A stretch of DNA of 46,386 nucleotides from the IMG/VR virus record IMGVR_UViG_2913167280_000002; one strand, written 5' to 3'. Of this stretch, positions 45,026-46,386 are shown one piece after another. The position numbers and the translations under genes are program-made. Each line of letters begins with the position of its first letter. Within the stretch, counting starts at the first letter, position 1. The stretch is from a virus. Taxonomy: Duplodnaviria; Heunggongvirae; Uroviricota; Caudoviricetes. Below the pieces are notes generated by a model. The model saw nothing but the letters and a program-made list of their open reading frames with translations. It made no database searches and had not been told where the DNA came from.

Positions 45026-45055
45026 TTCGCAATTTGTTAATTCAAGGAATTAAGC

Positions 45056-46386
45056 GTGAGTAAATTATTATTTACGATGACTGACGCCGGGCGTCAGGAG
45101 TTGGTTAATGCCAACAAAACAGGAACAAATAAAGTTGAGATTGTTTCTGTTGGTTTAGGTAGTAGATATTATGTCACGTCAACCTCACAAACAAATATAA
45201 CAGACGAAATAAAACGACTTACCACAATAGGTGGCAAAGTTGTTTCCCCTGATACAATTCATGTAACGGCGAAGGATGATAGTAAAGATGAGTATGTTGT
45301 CCATACAATAGGATTGTATACAAATAAGGGAACGTTGTTTGCTGTATACTCGCAAGAACAAGCAATAATAAATAAAGCATCATCTACTATTGCTTTAATA
45401 TCAAGTGACATAGCAATCAAGACTCTTGATACTAAAAATATTACATTTGGTGATATTGAGTTTATTAATCCTCCCGCAACCGAAACTGTTGTTGGGGTAG
45501 CAAGATTTGCCAATGAACAAGAAATTGATGCAGGTACAGATGATTCCCTTGCTGTTTCAGCAAAGCGGCTTAAGCAAGCCATTGTGAAACATGAGCAATC
45601 ACGTAATCATCCCGATGCTACTTTAACCTCAAAAGGCTTTGTTCAACTTAGCAGCGCCACCAATAGCTCGTCTGAAACGCTTGCTGCGACGCCTAAGGCT
45701 GTTAAGGCAGCATATGACCTTGCTAACGCTAAATACACCGCACAGGACGCTACCACGGCGCGAAAAGGGATTGTTCAGCTCAGTAGCGCAACTAACAGCG
45801 ATTCTGAAACGCTTGCTGCGACGCCTAAGGCTGTTAAGGCAGCATATGACCTTGCTAACGCTAAATACACCGCACAGGACGCTACCACAGCGAAAAAAGG
45901 GATTGTTCAGCTCAGTAGCGCCACCAACAGCACGTCTGAAACGCTGGCTGCGACACCAAAAGCTGTTAAGGCGGTAATGGATGAAACGAACAAGAAAGCG
46001 CCCTTAAACAGTCCTGCGCTGACCGGAACACCAACAACACCAACTGCGCCAAAAGGTACTAACAATACTCAGATCGCAAGCACGGCTTATGTTATGGCTG
46101 CGATCGCTGCCCTCGTGGATTCGTCGCCTGATGCACTGAATACGCTGAACGAGCTGGCGGCTGCGTTGGGCAACGACCCGAATTTTGCGACCACCATGAC
46201 TAACGCGCTTGCGGGTAAGCAACCTAAGGATGCCACCCTGACGGCGCTGGCTGGGCTTGCTACTGCGGCAGACAGGTTTCCGTATTTTACGGGGAATGAT
46301 GTCGCCAGCCTGGCAACTCTGACAAAAGTCGGGCGGGATATTCTTGCGAAATCGACCGTTGCCGCCGTTATCGAATACCTCGGTTT
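45056..46386 (+). CDS. tail fibre protein, constant N-terminal part (P2 gpH / Mu S-like), 3' end truncated by the window
   Basis: GTG start after AAGGA; N-terminus P2 H-like; ...ASLATLTKVGRDILAKSTVAAVIEYLG conserved junction reaches the window end with no stop. Not in the ORF track (no stop; GTG start). Confidence 0.8.
   Translation, partial: MSKLLFTMTDAGRQELVNANKTGTNKVEIVSVGLGSRYYVTSTSQTNITDEIKRLTTIGGKVVSPDTIHVTAKDDSKDEYVVHTIGLYTNKGTLFAVYSQEQAIINKASSTIALISSDIAIKTLDTKNITFGDIEFINPPATETVVGVARFANEQEIDAGTDDSLAVSAKRLKQAIVKHEQSRNHPDATLTSKGFVQLSSATNSSSETLAATPKAVKAAYDLANAKYTAQDATTARKGIVQLSSATNSDSETLAATPKAVKAAYDLANAKYTAQDATTAKKGIVQLSSATNSTSETLAATPKAVKAVMDETNKKAPLNSPALTGTPTTPTAPKGTNNTQIASTAYVMAAIAALVDSSPDALNTLNELAAALGNDPNFATTMTNALAGKQPKDATLTALAGLATAADRFPYFTGNDVASLATLTKVGRDILAKSTVAAVIEYLG
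45636..45980 (+). repeat. tandem ~120-bp (40-aa) coding repeats in the tail fibre gene
   Basis: About 2.7 copies of KGIVQLSSATNS.SETLAATPKAVKAAYDLANAKYTAQDATTA; in frame and protein-coding. Confidence 0.8.
46368..46386. promoter_or_regulatory. Gin/Cin-type crossover site, truncated at the window end
   Basis: TTATCGAATACCTCGGTTT is the inverted counterpart of the left-end site core AAACCGAGG; 19 of about 26 bp present. Confidence 0.7.

Larger units (their letters stand above)
1..46386. mobile_element. temperate phage-plasmid-like element (plasmid replicon and partition genes plus a complete tailed-phage gene set)
   Basis: RepA, ParA, toxin-antitoxin, CI-like repressor, lysis, terminase, head and contractile-tail genes all in one window; no integrase seen. 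Confidence 0.7.

Noticed and set aside
45639-45977. Arginine-rich 112-aa ORF on the plus strand
   Set aside because: It is an alternative frame through the tail fibre tandem repeats; the fibre frame gives a continuous, recognisable fibre protein.
45636-45980. Possible CRISPR-like array suggested by the tandem repeats
   Set aside because: The repeats are contiguous with no unique spacers, are in frame, and encode a known fibre repeat.
1-46386. Integrase or attachment site indicating an integrated prophage
   Set aside because: No tyrosine or large serine integrase is recognisable; the only recombinase is a small invertase, and RepA plus ParA imply extrachromosomal maintenance.

Overview
This window reads as a near-complete temperate phage-plasmid-like element of enterobacterial type. 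A plasmid maintenance backbone (IncFII-family RepA with a candidate countertranscript and a DnaA-box origin, ParA plus a small ribbon-helix-helix partner, a HigB/HigA-like toxin-antitoxin pair) is joined to a full tailed-phage gene set: a CI-like repressor with a repeated AACCAC-N5-GTGGTT operator, an antirepressor region arranged like P1 immI, a holin/endolysin/spanin cassette, a tRNA(CAU), lambda-like packaging and head genes, and a P2/Mu-like contractile tail. Both window ends fall on Gin/Cin-type crossover sites (a full site beside the serine invertase at the left, a truncated site inside the tail-fibre gene at the right), so the invertible host-range segment lies between them and is not in the window. 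No integrase was found. The most unusual, unexplained signals are three near-identical ~115-bp promoter/leader modules heading operons of uncharacterised genes, an ORF-free doubly terminated locus at 7983-8530, and a trio of ParB-like proteins (one fused to a methyltransferase domain) next to the terminase. All protein calls rest on motif recognition from the supplied translations and on memory of family signatures; no database search was run.
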